Assembly (NCBI GenBank): GCA_963844035.1 | Contig: CAWJMT010000036.1 | Span: forward strand, 160,001 to 224,000 | Length of the DNA: 64,000 nucleotides | Origin: an uncultured Gemmatimonadales bacterium | GTDB lineage: Bacteria > Gemmatimonadota > Gemmatimonadetes > Gemmatimonadales > GWC2-71-9 | Direction of reading: 5' to 3' | Shown here: piece after piece, positions 30,238-41,154 of the stretch | Numbering within the stretch: the stretch's first letter is position 1 | Layout: every line of letters starts with the position of its first letter | The notes under the pieces: generated by a model | Databases searched by the model: none | Told to the model about the DNA's origin: nothing | The model's input: the letters and a program-made list of their open reading frames with translations, nothing else | Made by a program: the position numbers and the translations under genes

Positions 30238-30444
30238 TCACCGCGAGTGCGACAGGCATCGCGGTGATGCTATCCGGCGCGGGCGGCGACCGCCCCGAGC
30301 TTTCCAGGCGCGGACCTGCGCAGCGAGCTTGGGCGGCATCGAGCGGCACGCACAGTGTTTCGCGTGGGCGTCGTGCCACGAAAGCCGCTGCGAGAGCGTC
30401 GCGTTGGGCGGCATCGGGTGTTTGGCGTGCCAGGTCGCGTTCAT
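30238..30444 (-). CDS. Small His/Cys-rich hypothetical protein
   Basis: MNATWHAKHPMPPNATLSQRLSWHDAHAKHCACRSMP; directly follows the barrel gene. Confidence 0.6.
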   Translation of the reverse strand: MNATWHAKHPMPPNATLSQRLSWHDAHAKHCACRSMPPKLAAQVRAWKARGGRRPRRIASPRCLSHSR

Positions 30445-30451
30445 ATGCATC

Positions 30452-31018
30452 CTACCGGATGTGACGGACGACGCCCAGCACGAGACCGATGTCGTTCCGC
30501 GTTTCAGACTCCTGTCCGGCGAACGGCGGCTGATAACAGTAGATGTTGCCGCGCGCCTCGAGCCGCACCGCCGTCTTGCCGGCCTGCAGCTCGGCGCCTA
30601 CGGCGCCGTATCCTGCCGTGCACGTATTGTTCGACACGTTCGGGTCGGCGTATGCGTACGTCCGGCCACCAGCTCCGAGGGCGACGAACGGTTTGAGGAG
30701 ATGCTCTCCATAGACCAACCGAGTGAGACCCACCTCGATCCCCAGCGTGTACTGCAGAATGCTGACGTGGGGGTTGGTGAACGCGTACTCGACCTCGCTC
30801 GGCGCCCAGCCGAACGATGCGACCGCATGCACGGCCGGCCGCAACTCCATCGCTGCCTCCAGGCCCAGGATGGGGGCGTCGGTGAACAGGTCATGTTGTG
30901 CACCCGTCGCAATCAGGGCACCGGTGAACCCCCGAATCTCGGGAGTGGACCTCGCCTGGGCCGGCAGCGCGGTTGCCGCCGCCACGAGCAGTCCGAGTAA
31001 AACCGCAACCGATTTCAT
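30452..31018 (-). CDS. Small outer-membrane beta-barrel protein
   Basis: Signal peptide, amphipathic strands (KPFVALGAGG, AGYGAVGAEL, AVRLEARG); SD AAGGAGG. Confidence 0.7.
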   Translation of the reverse strand: MKSVAVLLGLLVAAATALPAQARSTPEIRGFTGALIATGAQHDLFTDAPILGLEAAMELRPAVHAVASFGWAPSEVEYAFTNPHVSILQYTLGIEVGLTRLVYGEHLLKPFVALGAGGRTYAYADPNVSNNTCTAGYGAVGAELQAGKTAVRLEARGNIYCYQPPFAGQESETRNDIGLVLGVVRHIR

Positions 31019-31151
31019 GGGTCCTCCTTATGCCGAGGTGAGGCAGAACCGAACCATCGTACTGGGTGAACGATGGCGGTGCGTTTGTTACGTCAGCGTG
31101 AACGGAATGTGATGGTGGCGTCAGAGAGGGCCGAAGGCTCGGTGCGCCGAG

Positions 31152-31180
31152 TTGACGAACACCGTACATCGGTGGATGAT
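31152..31180 (+). promoter_or_regulatory. Candidate sigma70 promoter of the hydrogenase operon
   Basis: TTGACG-N17-GATGAT, with inverted repeat CACCG-N5-CGGTG in the spacer. Confidence 0.3.
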
Positions 31181-31306
31181 TTGCTGGTGGGAGGACTGAC
31201 CGCTTGATGAAGACCTCTTCATACGGCCTTCGCGACAGTCAGGCGACCAGTCCCCTAGTGTAGCTCCGGCAGCGTCACGCTGTACCACCGCCTTCGGAGA
31301 CTCCGC

Positions 31307-32452
31307 ATGTACCTCCCCACGTCGCACCCGTGGGCGGAAGGCGAAACCCTCGGCGCATACCTCGAGAAGCGAGGTGTGAGCCGCCGGGATTTCCTCGCCT
31401 TTTCCGCCAAGATGTCCGCCGTTCTCGGTTTCAGTGAACTCATGACCCCTCGGATCGCGACGGCGCTCGCGGCTGTCAAGCGCCCGAGCGTCGTGTGGAT
31501 CTCCCTGCAGGAGTGCTCCGGCTGCACCGAGTCGGTGCTGCGCACCGCCGATCCGACGATCGGCGACCTCGTGCTCGACGTCGTGTCGCTCGATTTCCAG
31601 GAGAACCTGATGGCGGCCGCGGGATTCGCCGCGGAGACCGCGCTCCATGACGCCATGAAGAAAAACTTCGGCGAGTACGTGCTGATGGTGACGGGCTCGG
31701 TCCCGCTCAACGAGGGCGGCGTCTACACGACGGTCGCCGGACGTCCGGTGAAGGAGCTGCTCGAAGAAGCGGCGAAGGGTGCCAAGGCCGTCATCGCGGT
31801 GGGCGCCTGCGCGCATTGGGGCAACATCCAGGCGGCGCGGCCCAATCCCACCGGCGCCGTGGGCGTGAGCGACATCATCAAGGACAAGCCGGTCGTGAAC
31901 ATCGCGGGGTGCCCGCCGATCGGCGACGTGGTCACGGCGACCATCGTTCACTATCTGACGTTCGGCAAGATTCCCGCGCTCGACTACGAAGGGCGGCCGA
32001 TGTTCGCCTACGGCGCACGCATCCACGACCAGTGTCCGCGGCGCGCCAACTTCGACGCCGGCCAGTTCGTCGAGCAGTTCGACGACGAGGCGGCGCGCAA
32101 GGGTTGGTGCCTGTACCACGTCGGCTGCAAGGGGCCGGCAACGTTTTCGCCGTGTCCCATCTTCCTGTGGAATGGCGGCACGAGCTGGCCCATCGGGGCG
32201 GGGCATCCGTGCATCGGATGCACCGAGCGCAACTTCTGGGACACGATGACGCCGTTCTACGGACGGCTGCCGGACGTTGCCGGCTTCGGCGTCGAGCGCT
32301 ACGCGGATACGCTCGGTGCCGCGCTGGCTATCGGGGCGGCGGCGGGCGTTGCGACGCACGCGATTGCCACCGGCGTGCACCAGATGCGCGAGCGGCGCAA
32401 GCTGCCCGTCATCGATAACCGAGGCGAAGGAGGCGGCCATGGCCACGACTAG
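31307..32452 (+). CDS. hyaA: Group 1 [NiFe] hydrogenase small subunit
   Basis: Tat SRRDFL, ECSGCTES, GAC, GCPP, HDQCPR, CLYHVGCKGP, HPCIGC, C-terminal TM anchor. Confidence 0.96.
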   Translation: MYLPTSHPWAEGETLGAYLEKRGVSRRDFLAFSAKMSAVLGFSELMTPRIATALAAVKRPSVVWISLQECSGCTESVLRTADPTIGDLVLDVVSLDFQENLMAAAGFAAETALHDAMKKNFGEYVLMVTGSVPLNEGGVYTTVAGRPVKELLEEAAKGAKAVIAVGACAHWGNIQAARPNPTGAVGVSDIIKDKPVVNIAGCPPIGDVVTATIVHYLTFGKIPALDYEGRPMFAYGARIHDQCPRRANFDAGQFVEQFDDEAARKGWCLYHVGCKGPATFSPCPIFLWNGGTSWPIGAGHPCIGCTERNFWDTMTPFYGRLPDVAGFGVERYADTLGAALAIGAAAGVATHAIATGVHQMRERRKLPVIDNRGEGGGHGHD

Positions 32453-34155
32453 AGTCGTCGTCGACCCGATCACCCGTATCGAAGGCCACCTCCGCATCGA
32501 GGCGCAGGCCGACGCCGGCAAGATCACCAACGCGTGGGCCACCTCCACGCAGTTCCGCGGCATCGAAATCATCATGCAGGGGCGCGATCCGCGCGACGCG
32601 TGGGCCTTCACGCAACGCATCTGCGGCGTGTGCACCGTCGTCCACGCCGTCGCTTCCTGCCGTGCTGTGGAGGACGCGCTCGACATCAAGATTCCGCCCA
32701 ACGCCAACCTGATCCGCAACCTGATTCACGGGATGCAGTTCGTGCAGGATCACGTGATGCACTTCTATCACCTGCACGCGCTCGACTGGGTGGACGTCGT
32801 GAGCGCGCTCTCCGCCAAGCCATCGGAGACGGCGGCGATCGCGAAATCCGTTTCGCCCTGGCCCAACAACTCGGAGACGTACTTCGCCGAAGTGCAGAAC
32901 CGGCTGAAGACGTTCGTCGGGAGCGGGCAGTTGGGAATATTCGCCAACGGCTACTGGGGGCACCCGGCGTACAAGCTGCCCCCCGCCGTGAACCTGCTGG
33001 CCGTGGCGCATTACCTCGAGGCGCTCGACTGGCAGCGCGACGTGATCCGGGTGCACACGATCTTCGGCGGCAAGAACCCCCACCCGAATTTCCTGGTCGG
33101 GGGGATGGCATCGGCGATCAATCTCGACAGCCGGATGACGATCAACGCGGCACGCCTGGTCGAGATCCATGGCATGATCGCGCGCGCCCAGCGGTTCGTG
33201 GAGCAGGTGTACTACCCGGACCTGATGGCGATCGCCGGCTTCTACAAGGAGTGGGCCGGGATCGGAGGCGGCACCGGCAACTACCTCGCCTGCGGCGAAT
33301 TCCCCGACGGCGATGTGCGCGACATCGACTCGCTCTACTTTCCGCGCGGCATCATCCTGGGCAAGGACCTGACCAAGGTCTGGCCGTACGACCACAAGCA
33401 GGTGCAGGAGTACATCAACAGCTCCTGGTACGAGTACTCCAAGGGGGATGAGGCCGGCCTGCATCCGTGGGAGGGCGAAACGAAGGCGAAGTACACGGGT
33501 CCCAAGACCCCCTGGACCTATCTGCAGGGGGAGAAGAAGTACTCGTGGATGAAGACGCCCCGCTACGAGGGCCGCGCCATGGAGGTCGGGACCGCTCGCG
33601 CGCATGCTGGTGGCGTTCTCCGCGGGGCACGAAGACGTGCGGCACATGATCAAGGAATTGATGGACCGGCTGGATGTCGGTCCCGCCGCCCTGTTCTCCA
33701 CCTTGGGACGGACTGCGGCGCGCGGCGTGGAGACTGTGTTGCTCTCGCGGCGGTTGTCGCACTGGTACGATGCCCTGGTCGCCCGCATCAAGGGTGGCGA
33801 CACCCAGACGTTCAATGGCGACAAGTGGGACCCGGGGAAATGGCCGGCAAAGGCCCAGGGCTACGGCTACCTCGACGCGCCGCGCGGGGCGCTCGGGCAC
33901 TGGGTGCAGATCGAGGACCAGAAGATCTCCCGCTATCAGTGCGTCGTCCCGAGTACCTGGAACTGCTCGCCGCGCGATGCGAAGGGGGTTCCGGGGCCCT
34001 ACGAGGCTGCGTTGATGGATAACCATCCGCTGGTCAAACCGGACCAGCCGATCGAGATCCTGCGCACGATTCACTCGTTCGACCCGTGCATGGCGTGCGG
34101 CGTGCACGTGCTCGACGCCACCGGGAATCTCATCACCTCGGTGCAGGTCCAATGA
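32439..34155 (+). CDS. hyaB: Group 1 [NiFe] hydrogenase large subunit, frameshift near 33590
   Basis: DPITRIEGH, L1 QRICGVCTVVH, L2 SFDPCMACGVH plus cleavable C-terminal tail. Confidence 0.96.
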
Positions 34156-34895
34156 GCGCCGGGGGCGGGAAGGCCGGCAGCTCCTTCGCCCAGAAGCTCC
34201 AGCCGCCGTCGGGCAACTACCGCTGGGTGTACCTGTGGGAGTGGCCGATCCGGGCAATGCACTGGATCGCGGTCCTGTCGATCCTGGTGCTGGTGGTGAC
34301 CGGGTTCTATATCGGCGCTCCGTATTTCGTCCAGAGCGGAGAGGCGAGCAGCCACTACCTGATGGGCCGGATGCGGTTCCTCCACTTCGCGGCGGCGGGA
34401 CTGTTCGTTGCCACGGCGATCGTGCGGGTCTATTGGCTCCTGGCGGGGAATGAGTTCGAGCGCTGGACCGCGCTCTTCCCCGTGTCCAGGCAGGACTGGA
34501 TCAACATGTGGAAGCAGACCAAGTACTACCTGATGATCCAGCCGGAGAAAGCGCCCCATTACCTCGGGCACAACCCGATCCAGCAGCTGAGTTACACCAG
34601 CCTGTATCTCGTGGCCGCGACGCAGGTGATCACCGGGTTCGCGATGTACGGCCAGTCACGCCCCGGCGGCCTGTGGTACACGCTGTTCGGTTGGGTCATT
34701 CCGTTCGCCGGTGGTATTCAGGTGGTGCATTTCATTCATCACGTCTTGTCGTGGGTGTTCCTGATCTTCCTCCCGGTCCACCTCTACCTCGCGCTGCGTG
34801 CCGATATCCTGGAGCGCACCGGGACGATCTCGTCGATCATCAGCGGCGGCCGGTTTGTTCGCACCGATGTGGACTATGTCGACCAGCCCAAGTGA
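34152..34895 (+). CDS. hyaC: Hydrogenase b-type cytochrome subunit
   Basis: WEWPIRAMHW, RFLHF, GHNPIQQ, HFIHH, VHLYL. Confidence 0.94.
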   Translation: MSAGGGKAGSSFAQKLQPPSGNYRWVYLWEWPIRAMHWIAVLSILVLVVTGFYIGAPYFVQSGEASSHYLMGRMRFLHFAAAGLFVATAIVRVYWLLAGNEFERWTALFPVSRQDWINMWKQTKYYLMIQPEKAPHYLGHNPIQQLSYTSLYLVAATQVITGFAMYGQSRPGGLWYTLFGWVIPFAGGIQVVHFIHHVLSWVFLIFLPVHLYLALRADILERTGTISSIISGGRFVRTDVDYVDQPK

Positions 34896-35401
34896 GGCCT
34901 CCCCGCCCGTCACGGTGGTGATCGGGGTCGGCAATCCGCTCATGGGTGACGACGGCTTGGGGCTCGCGGTTCTGGAGCGATTGCGGGACGGGTGGCACCT
35001 TCCAGAAGACGTAGAGCTTGTCGATGGCGGGACCTGGGGCATGAATCTGCTGCCGGTGATCGAGGACGCAGGGCGGGTGCTGCTGATCGATGCCATCGAG
35101 ATCGGCGCGGCGCCCGGGACCGAGATCATTCTCCCGCGCGATCGGTTGCCGCGCTATCTGGCCACGAAGATCTCCCCGCATGAAGTCGACCTGCGCGACG
35201 TGCTGGCGCTGGCCGAGCTGCGGGGGACGCTGCCCGAATACACCACGGCCATCGGACTCCAGCCGGCGCGCATCGAGCTCTCGGAGGAGCTCAGCGAGGT
35301 GGTGCAGCGATGGGCTCGATCAGCTGGTGGCGACCGCGGTCCGGGTGCTCGCGGAGTGGGGACACGTCTGCACGCCACGGGTCGCGGCCGTCGATGCATG
35401 A
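34876..35401 (+). CDS. hyaD: Hydrogenase maturation protease, frameshift near 35310
   Basis: GVGNPLMGDDGLG, VDGGT, LLIDA, SPHE. Confidence 0.92.
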
Positions 35402-35654
35402 AATGAGCCTGGCGCTCGAGGTCTGCCGTATCGCAGAGGAGCAAGTCGGCCCCGCGGCGGCCGGGCGCGTGGTGGCCGTGGGACTCGAAGTGGGCGACGA
35501 CGCCGGCGTCGAGGTTTCGAGTCTCGAGTTCTGTCTCGAGAGTCTGCTCTCGACTCCGCCGTTCCGCGGTGCGCGACCCCGGATCACGCGCCTGCCCGGC
35601 GACGTCCTGCGGGTGAGCTACGTGGACGTGGATGATGGCAGTCCGGACGATTGA
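35394..35654 (+). CDS. hypA: Nickel metallochaperone HypA, short form without Zn finger
   Basis: MHEMSLA, V.LEVG..AGVE..SLEFC, C-terminal GDVLRVSYVDVD; no CxxC pairs. Confidence 0.82.
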   Translation: MHEMSLALEVCRIAEEQVGPAAAGRVVAVGLEVGDDAGVEVSSLEFCLESLLSTPPFRGARPRITRLPGDVLRVSYVDVDDGSPDD

Positions 35655-36304
35655 CGTGCGGGAGCGGGTCATGGCCAGGAGCGATGAGCTCGCGGCCGGT
35701 GTACGCCGCCGCCTTCAGGCCGCGGGCGTCCTCACGTTCAACCTCGTCTCCTCGCCGGGCTCTGGAAAGACGACGCTGCTCGAGCGGACCCTCGCTGATC
35801 TCGGCGCGGAAATCGCCATCTCCGTCGTGACGGGAGATGTCCAGACGCAGAACGACGCCGACCGGCTGGCGCGCCACACCGACCGGCTGGTGCAGGCGGT
35901 GGTGACGAACGGCGCCTGCCACCTCGATGCGCGCCAGGTGGCGACCGCGCTCGATGAGGTGGACCTCGACCCGCACCCGCCTCCTGTTCATCGAGAACGT
36001 GGGCAATCTGGTGTGCCCCGCCGGCGTGGGATCTGGGCGAGGACGCCAAGATCGTGGTGTTCTCGGTCACCGAAGGCGAAGACAAGCCGGTCAAGTACCC
36101 CAAGATCTTTCGCCAGGCCCGCTACGTGGTACTGAGCAAGATGGACCTGCTGCCCGCACGTGCCTTTCAGCGTCGAAAAAGCGGTGGACTTCGCGCGCCA
36201 GGTCAATCCCACCATCAAGTTTCTGTCTACGTCGGCGCTCGCGCCGGACGGGATGCGTCGAGTGGTACGGGTTCCTCCGCTCGCAGATCCGGCGGACCGA
36301 ATGA
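35635..36304 (+). CDS. hypB: Hydrogenase GTPase HypB, several frameshifts
   Basis: [44 protein letters not shown]. Confidence 0.92.
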
Positions 36305-38646
36305 CGGCGTCCATGCCCGCTGCTGCGCTCGAGGCCGTGCGGCTCCACGTGACGGGGGTGGTGCAGGGTGTAGGGTTCCGGCCGTTCGTGCACCGGCTGG
36401 CGACGCGATACGGTCTCGCCGGCTGGGTCCTGAATGCCGCGGGCGACGTGCAGATCGACGTCGAGGGATCGCCTGAGGATCTGTCCGCGTTCATGCGGGC
36501 GCTCTGGGTGGAGACGCCGCCGCTGGCTCGGATCGAGAGCGTCGAGCGCACGCCTGGCACCGCGAACGGACTTCACACCTTCACGATCCGGAAAAGCCGG
36601 GAGGGGCCTGACCGCCGGCAGCCCATCGCGTCCGACGTGGCGGTGTGCGCGGCCTGCGAAGCCGAGCTCGTGGACCCCGCGAATCGGCGCTTCCACTATC
36701 CGTTCATTACGTGTACCGATTGCGGCCCGCGGTTCACCATCATCGACGCCATGCCGTATGACCGCGAGCGGACCAGCATGCGGGCGTTCGCGCCGTGCCC
36801 CGATTGCCTGCGCGAATACCATCGGCCCGAGGACCGGCGCTATCACTCCGAGACGAACAGTTGCCCCGCTTGTGGGCCGAGAGTGTGGTTGGAGTTCGCC
36901 GGTAGCCCCGGGCGTCAGCCCGGGGATACCGGGGTCAGGGGTGACTCCGATGCGATCCAGCGCGCGGCGGATCTCCTGAAGGCGGGGAGCATCGTGGCGA
37001 TCCGCGGGCTCGGCGGGTTCCATCTGGCCGTGGATGCGTCCAACGAACAGGCGGTCCAGCGGCTGCGTGCGCGGAAGAGCCGCGAGGCGAAGCCTCTCGC
37101 CGTCATGGTTCGCACGCTCGACGAAGCCCGCGCATTGGCGCACATCGCTCCCGGTGAGGCCGAGATCCTGACTTCGCGGGAACGCCCCATCGTTCTGCTC
37201 AGGCGTTCTGACTCCGGGCTGACGCCGGGGGCTCTCGCCCCCTCGCTCGCGCCGGGCCTCGACACCATCGGCGTGATGCTTGCCTACACGCCGTTGCACC
37301 AGCTCCTGCTCGAGGCGGCGGGCTGTCCCCTGGTGATGACGAGCGGCAATCGCAGCGAGGAGCCGATCGCAACGGCGAACGACGACGCGCGGCAGCGCCT
37401 GGCGGGGATCGCCGACGCGTTCCTGCTGCACGATCGGGAGATCGTGGTGCGGTGCGACGATTCCGTGGTGCGTCTGGCGGGTGACGCACCACTGTTTCTG
37501 CGACGCGCCCGCGGGTTTGCTCCGCTGCCGCTCGAACTGCCCGTAGCGAGTCCGGTGCCCCTGGTCGCCGTTGGCCCGCATCTCAAGAACACGTTCACCC
37601 TGGTGCACGGCCGCCGCGCATTCGTGAGCCAGCATATCGGCGACCTCGAGAACCTCGAGACCCTCGAGCACTTTCAGGCGACCCTCGGCGCCTACGGCCG
37701 CCTGTTCCACGTCGAACCCGAGATGGCTGTGTGCGATCTGCATCCAGCCTACCTGTCCACGCAGATCGCCACGGAGCTCGGGCTCGAGCGGATCATTCGC
37801 GTGCAGCATCACCACGCGCACATCGCGGCGGTGCTCGCCGAGCATGGCGTCACCGAGCGCGCCGTCGGCATCGCCTACGACGGGACCGGCTACGGGGACG
37901 ACGGCAACGTGTGGGGCGCGGAGACGCTGGTGGCCGATCTTGCCGCCTATACGCGCGTGGGCCGGCTCCGCTACGCACCGCTTCCGGGAGGCGATCGCGC
38001 GGCCCGTACGCCGTGGCGCGCGGCGCTCGGCTACCTGTCGCTCGAGCCCGATGCCGCGGCGGCGTTCGCCACCGCGTTCCGCGACGTGCCGGAGCGGGAG
38101 CGATCGCTCGCGACCCAGCAGATCGCGCGCGACCTGAACTCCCCGCTCGCGTCCTCGATGGGGCGGTTGTTTGACGCGGCGGCCGCGGTGCTCGGCGTGC
38201 GCGCGGTGGCGCAGTACGAGGGCCAAGCGGCGATGGAGCTCGAGGCGCTGGCCGCGCGGCGTCCGGCCACACCGTTGCCGTTCCCACTCATCGAGGGCGG
38301 CGACACGGCCTGGGAGCTCGATCCGATCCCGTTGCTGGTCGCCCTCGGCGAGCGGCGTCGGGCCGGCGACGCGACTCCGGATCTGGCCGCCGCGTTTCAT
38401 GAGAGCGTCGCGGCTGCGACGGCGGACCTCGCGCTTCGCGCGGCGACGCTGGCAGCAACGCGGACCGTGGCGCTCGCCGGGGGGTGCTTTCAGAATGCCC
38501 GGCTGCTGGTTTCGCTGCGCTCGCGCCTCGAGGCCCGCGGCCTCCGGGTGCTCGTGCCGCGCCAGCTCGGACCGAACGATGGGGCGGTCAGTTACGGGCA
38601 GGCGGCGGTTGCCGCGGCCCTCTTGCAGCGTGAACGCGGGACCTAG
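36301..38646 (+). CDS. hypF: Carbamoyltransferase HypF
   Basis: [11 protein letters not shown], Zn fingers (CTDCGPR, CPACGP), [21 protein letters not shown]. Confidence 0.97.
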   Translation: MTASMPAAALEAVRLHVTGVVQGVGFRPFVHRLATRYGLAGWVLNAAGDVQIDVEGSPEDLSAFMRALWVETPPLARIESVERTPGTANGLHTFTIRKSREGPDRRQPIASDVAVCAACEAELVDPANRRFHYPFITCTDCGPRFTIIDAMPYDRERTSMRAFAPCPDCLREYHRPEDRRYHSETNSCPACGPRVWLEFAGSPGRQPGDTGVRGDSDAIQRAADLLKAGSIVAIRGLGGFHLAVDASNEQAVQRLRARKSREAKPLAVMVRTLDEARALAHIAPGEAEILTSRERPIVLLRRSDSGLTPGALAPSLAPGLDTIGVMLAYTPLHQLLLEAAGCPLVMTSGNRSEEPIATANDDARQRLAGIADAFLLHDREIVVRCDDSVVRLAGDAPLFLRRARGFAPLPLELPVASPVPLVAVGPHLKNTFTLVHGRRAFVSQHIGDLENLETLEHFQATLGAYGRLFHVEPEMAVCDLHPAYLSTQIATELGLERIIRVQHHHAHIAAVLAEHGVTERAVGIAYDGTGYGDDGNVWGAETLVADLAAYTRVGRLRYAPLPGGDRAARTPWRAALGYLSLEPDAAAAFATAFRDVPERERSLATQQIARDLNSPLASSMGRLFDAAAAVLGVRAVAQYEGQAAMELEALAARRPATPLPFPLIEGGDTAWELDPIPLLVALGERRRAGDATPDLAAAFHESVAAATADLALRAATLAATRTVALAGGCFQNARLLVSLRSRLEARGLRVLVPRQLGPNDGAVSYGQAAVAAALLQRERGT

Positions 38647-38663
38647 AGAAAGCTGAGGCTACC

Positions 38664-38975
38664 ATGTGTCTCGGAGTGCCAGGGCGAGTCGTGCAGGTCC
38701 ATGGCCTGACCGCGACCGTCGATTTCTGGGGTGTGCGGCGGGAGACGCGGCTCGACGTGGTCGATGAGCCCGTCGGGCCCGGCGACTACATCCTGAACCA
38801 TGTGGGGTTCGCGATCCGCAAGATCCCGGCGGGCGAGATCCAGGAGACGCTCGCGTTGTACGAGCTGCTGCTCAAAGAGGCCGAGGGCGACATGATGGCC
38901 GCGGACGTCCGGGGCGAGATCACCGCCGCGCCCGACCGTGCGCCGGTCGAGCCGCCGGGAGGCCCGCATGCTTGA
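38664..38975 (+). CDS. hypC: HypC chaperone
   Basis: MCLGVPG...GDYILNHVGFAI. Confidence 0.95.
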   Translation: MCLGVPGRVVQVHGLTATVDFWGVRRETRLDVVDEPVGPGDYILNHVGFAIRKIPAGEIQETLALYELLLKEAEGDMMAADVRGEITAAPDRAPVEPPGGPHA

Positions 38976-40101
38976 TACCGCGCTCACCGGGACCGCGAGC
39001 GAGCTCAAGTTCCGCGATCCCGCGAAGGCACAGGCGCTCTCCCGGGCGCTCGAGCGGATCTGCGGCGAAGTGGGGCGCGCGCCGGTGTCCGTGATGCACG
39101 TGTGCGGCAGCCACGAGCAGTCGATCGCCAAGTTCGGGCTGCGGGCGGTGCTGCCGCGGGCGCTGAACGTGATCATGGGGCCGGGCTGTCCCGTCTGCGT
39201 GACCGACCTCCCCGAGGTGGACGAGGCGGTGGTGCTGGCGCAGGACGGCGTCCGGATCGCCACCTACGGGGACATGCTCAAGGTGCCCGGGACGTCCCGG
39301 TCCCTGGCGGACGCGCAGACGGCGGGCGCGCGGCTCGACGTGGTGTACAGCGCCACGCAGGCGGTGGAGCTGGCGCGCGACACGACCGATGAAGTGGTCT
39401 TCTTCGCGAGCGGCTTCGAGACGACGGCGGTGGCGACGGCGGCCGTGGTGCTCGCCGATCCGCCCCCGAACTTCTCGGTGCTGTCCGCGCACAAGTACAT
39501 CCCGCCGGTCATGGAGATCGTGGCCGAGATGCCGGGGACCAAGGTCGAGGGGTTCCTCGCCGCGGGGCATGCCGCGACGATCACGGGCTCGGCGATCTTC
39601 GAGCGGTTCGTCGAGCGCCACAAGATTCCGGTGGTCGTGGCCGGGTTCGAGCCGCTCGACATCCTCGCCGCCTTGGTGAAGCTGGTCGAGCTGGTCCGGG
39701 ATGCCACGCCCCGCGTCGTCAACATGTTCCCCCGCTGCGTGACCCCGGAGGGAAATCGCAACGCGCAGGAGCAGCTGTGGCGCGTGTTCCGGACGGTGGG
39801 CGGCCAGTGGCGCGGCATCGCCCACGTGCCCAACGGCAACCTGCGGCTGCGGGACGAGTTCGCCCACGTGGACGCGCGGAAGAAGTTTCAGATCGACGTC
39901 CGGCGCCTGTGGAACCACGCGCCGTCCACGCTCACCCAGCTCTGCATCTGCGGCGACATCATGGCGGGCATCGCCTCGCCCAGTGGCTGCTCGCTGTTCG
40001 GGAAGGAGTGCGTGCCCGACACGCCGGTGGGCGCATGCATGGTGTCGAGCGAAGGCACCTGCCGGATCTGGCACCAGTACGGGGGACATCCCGATCTATG
40101 A
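38968..40101 (+). CDS. hypD: HypD
   Basis: MHVCGSH, GPGCPVC, GFETT, PVGACMVSSEGTC. Confidence 0.96.
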   Translation: MLDTALTGTASELKFRDPAKAQALSRALERICGEVGRAPVSVMHVCGSHEQSIAKFGLRAVLPRALNVIMGPGCPVCVTDLPEVDEAVVLAQDGVRIATYGDMLKVPGTSRSLADAQTAGARLDVVYSATQAVELARDTTDEVVFFASGFETTAVATAAVVLADPPPNFSVLSAHKYIPPVMEIVAEMPGTKVEGFLAAGHAATITGSAIFERFVERHKIPVVVAGFEPLDILAALVKLVELVRDATPRVVNMFPRCVTPEGNRNAQEQLWRVFRTVGGQWRGIAHVPNGNLRLRDEFAHVDARKKFQIDVRRLWNHAPSTLTQLCICGDIMAGIASPSGCSLFGKECVPDTPVGACMVSSEGTCRIWHQYGGHPDL

Positions 40102-41154
40102 GCGCGACGCTGAAGGCCGGAGCGATGGTGGGGTCCGGAGACCTCGTGACCATGAAGCACGGCGCGGGCGGGCGCGCGATGCGCCGCCTCATCGAGGAGA
40201 CGCTCAGCGCCGGCTTCGTGGACACTCCCGGTGGATGGATTCGGCCTCGCCGCCATGGACGACGGCGCGGCGCTGCGCGTCGGCGACCAGTGGCTCGTGG
40301 TCACGACCGACTCGCACGTCGTGCATCCGATCGTGTTCCCCGGCGGCGACATCGGACGGCTGGCGATCGCGGGGACGGTGAACGATCTCGCCATGATGGG
40401 GGCCACCGAACCGCTCGGCCTCACCAGCGCGATCATCGTGGAGGAGGGGTTCCGGCGCGCCGACCTGGAGCGGGTCCAGCGCTCGATGCAGGACACCTGC
40501 CGCGAGGCGGGCGTCACGATCGTCACCGGCGACACCAAGGTGATGGGCCGTGGCGAGCTGGACGGGCTCGTGATCAACACCACCGGGGTAGCGATGACCA
40601 GGAGCCTGGTGCGGGACGCCGGGTTGCAGCCGGGCGATCGCATCATCGTGACCGGCACGATCGGCGATCACGGGATCGCGCTCATGGCCAAGCGGCACGG
40701 CCTGGCGTTCGAAGTCGAGCTCACGTCGGACGTCGCCCCGATCAACGGGCTGATCCGCGGCGCGCTGGCGGCCGTTCCGGGCGCCATCACCGCCATGAAG
40801 GACCCGACCCGCGGCGGCGTGGCCAGCGCGCTGCACGAGATGGCCGAGAAGAGCGGCGTCTGCATCGTCATCGAAGAGCCGCAGGTGCCCGTGAACCCGG
40901 TCGTCCGCTCGGCGGCCGAGATGCTGGGGCTCGACCCGTTTCACATCGCGAACGAAGGGAAGGCGCTGCTCGGCGTCCGGCCGGAAGCGGCGGCGGCGGT
41001 GCTCGCCGCGCTCCGGGCCCATCCGCAAGGCGGCGCCGCGGCGATCGTGGGCACGTGTCTGGCCGACCACCCCGGCCGTCTGGTGCTCGACACCGGGATC
41101 GGCCGGCGGCTGATGACCGAGTCGGAGGGCGAGCCCCTGCCGAGGATCTGTTGA
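40098..41154 (+). CDS. hypE: HypE, frameshift near 40230
   Basis: HGAGG, TTDSHVV.P..FPGGDIG, GDTKV, DPTRGG, C-terminal PRIC. Confidence 0.95.
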
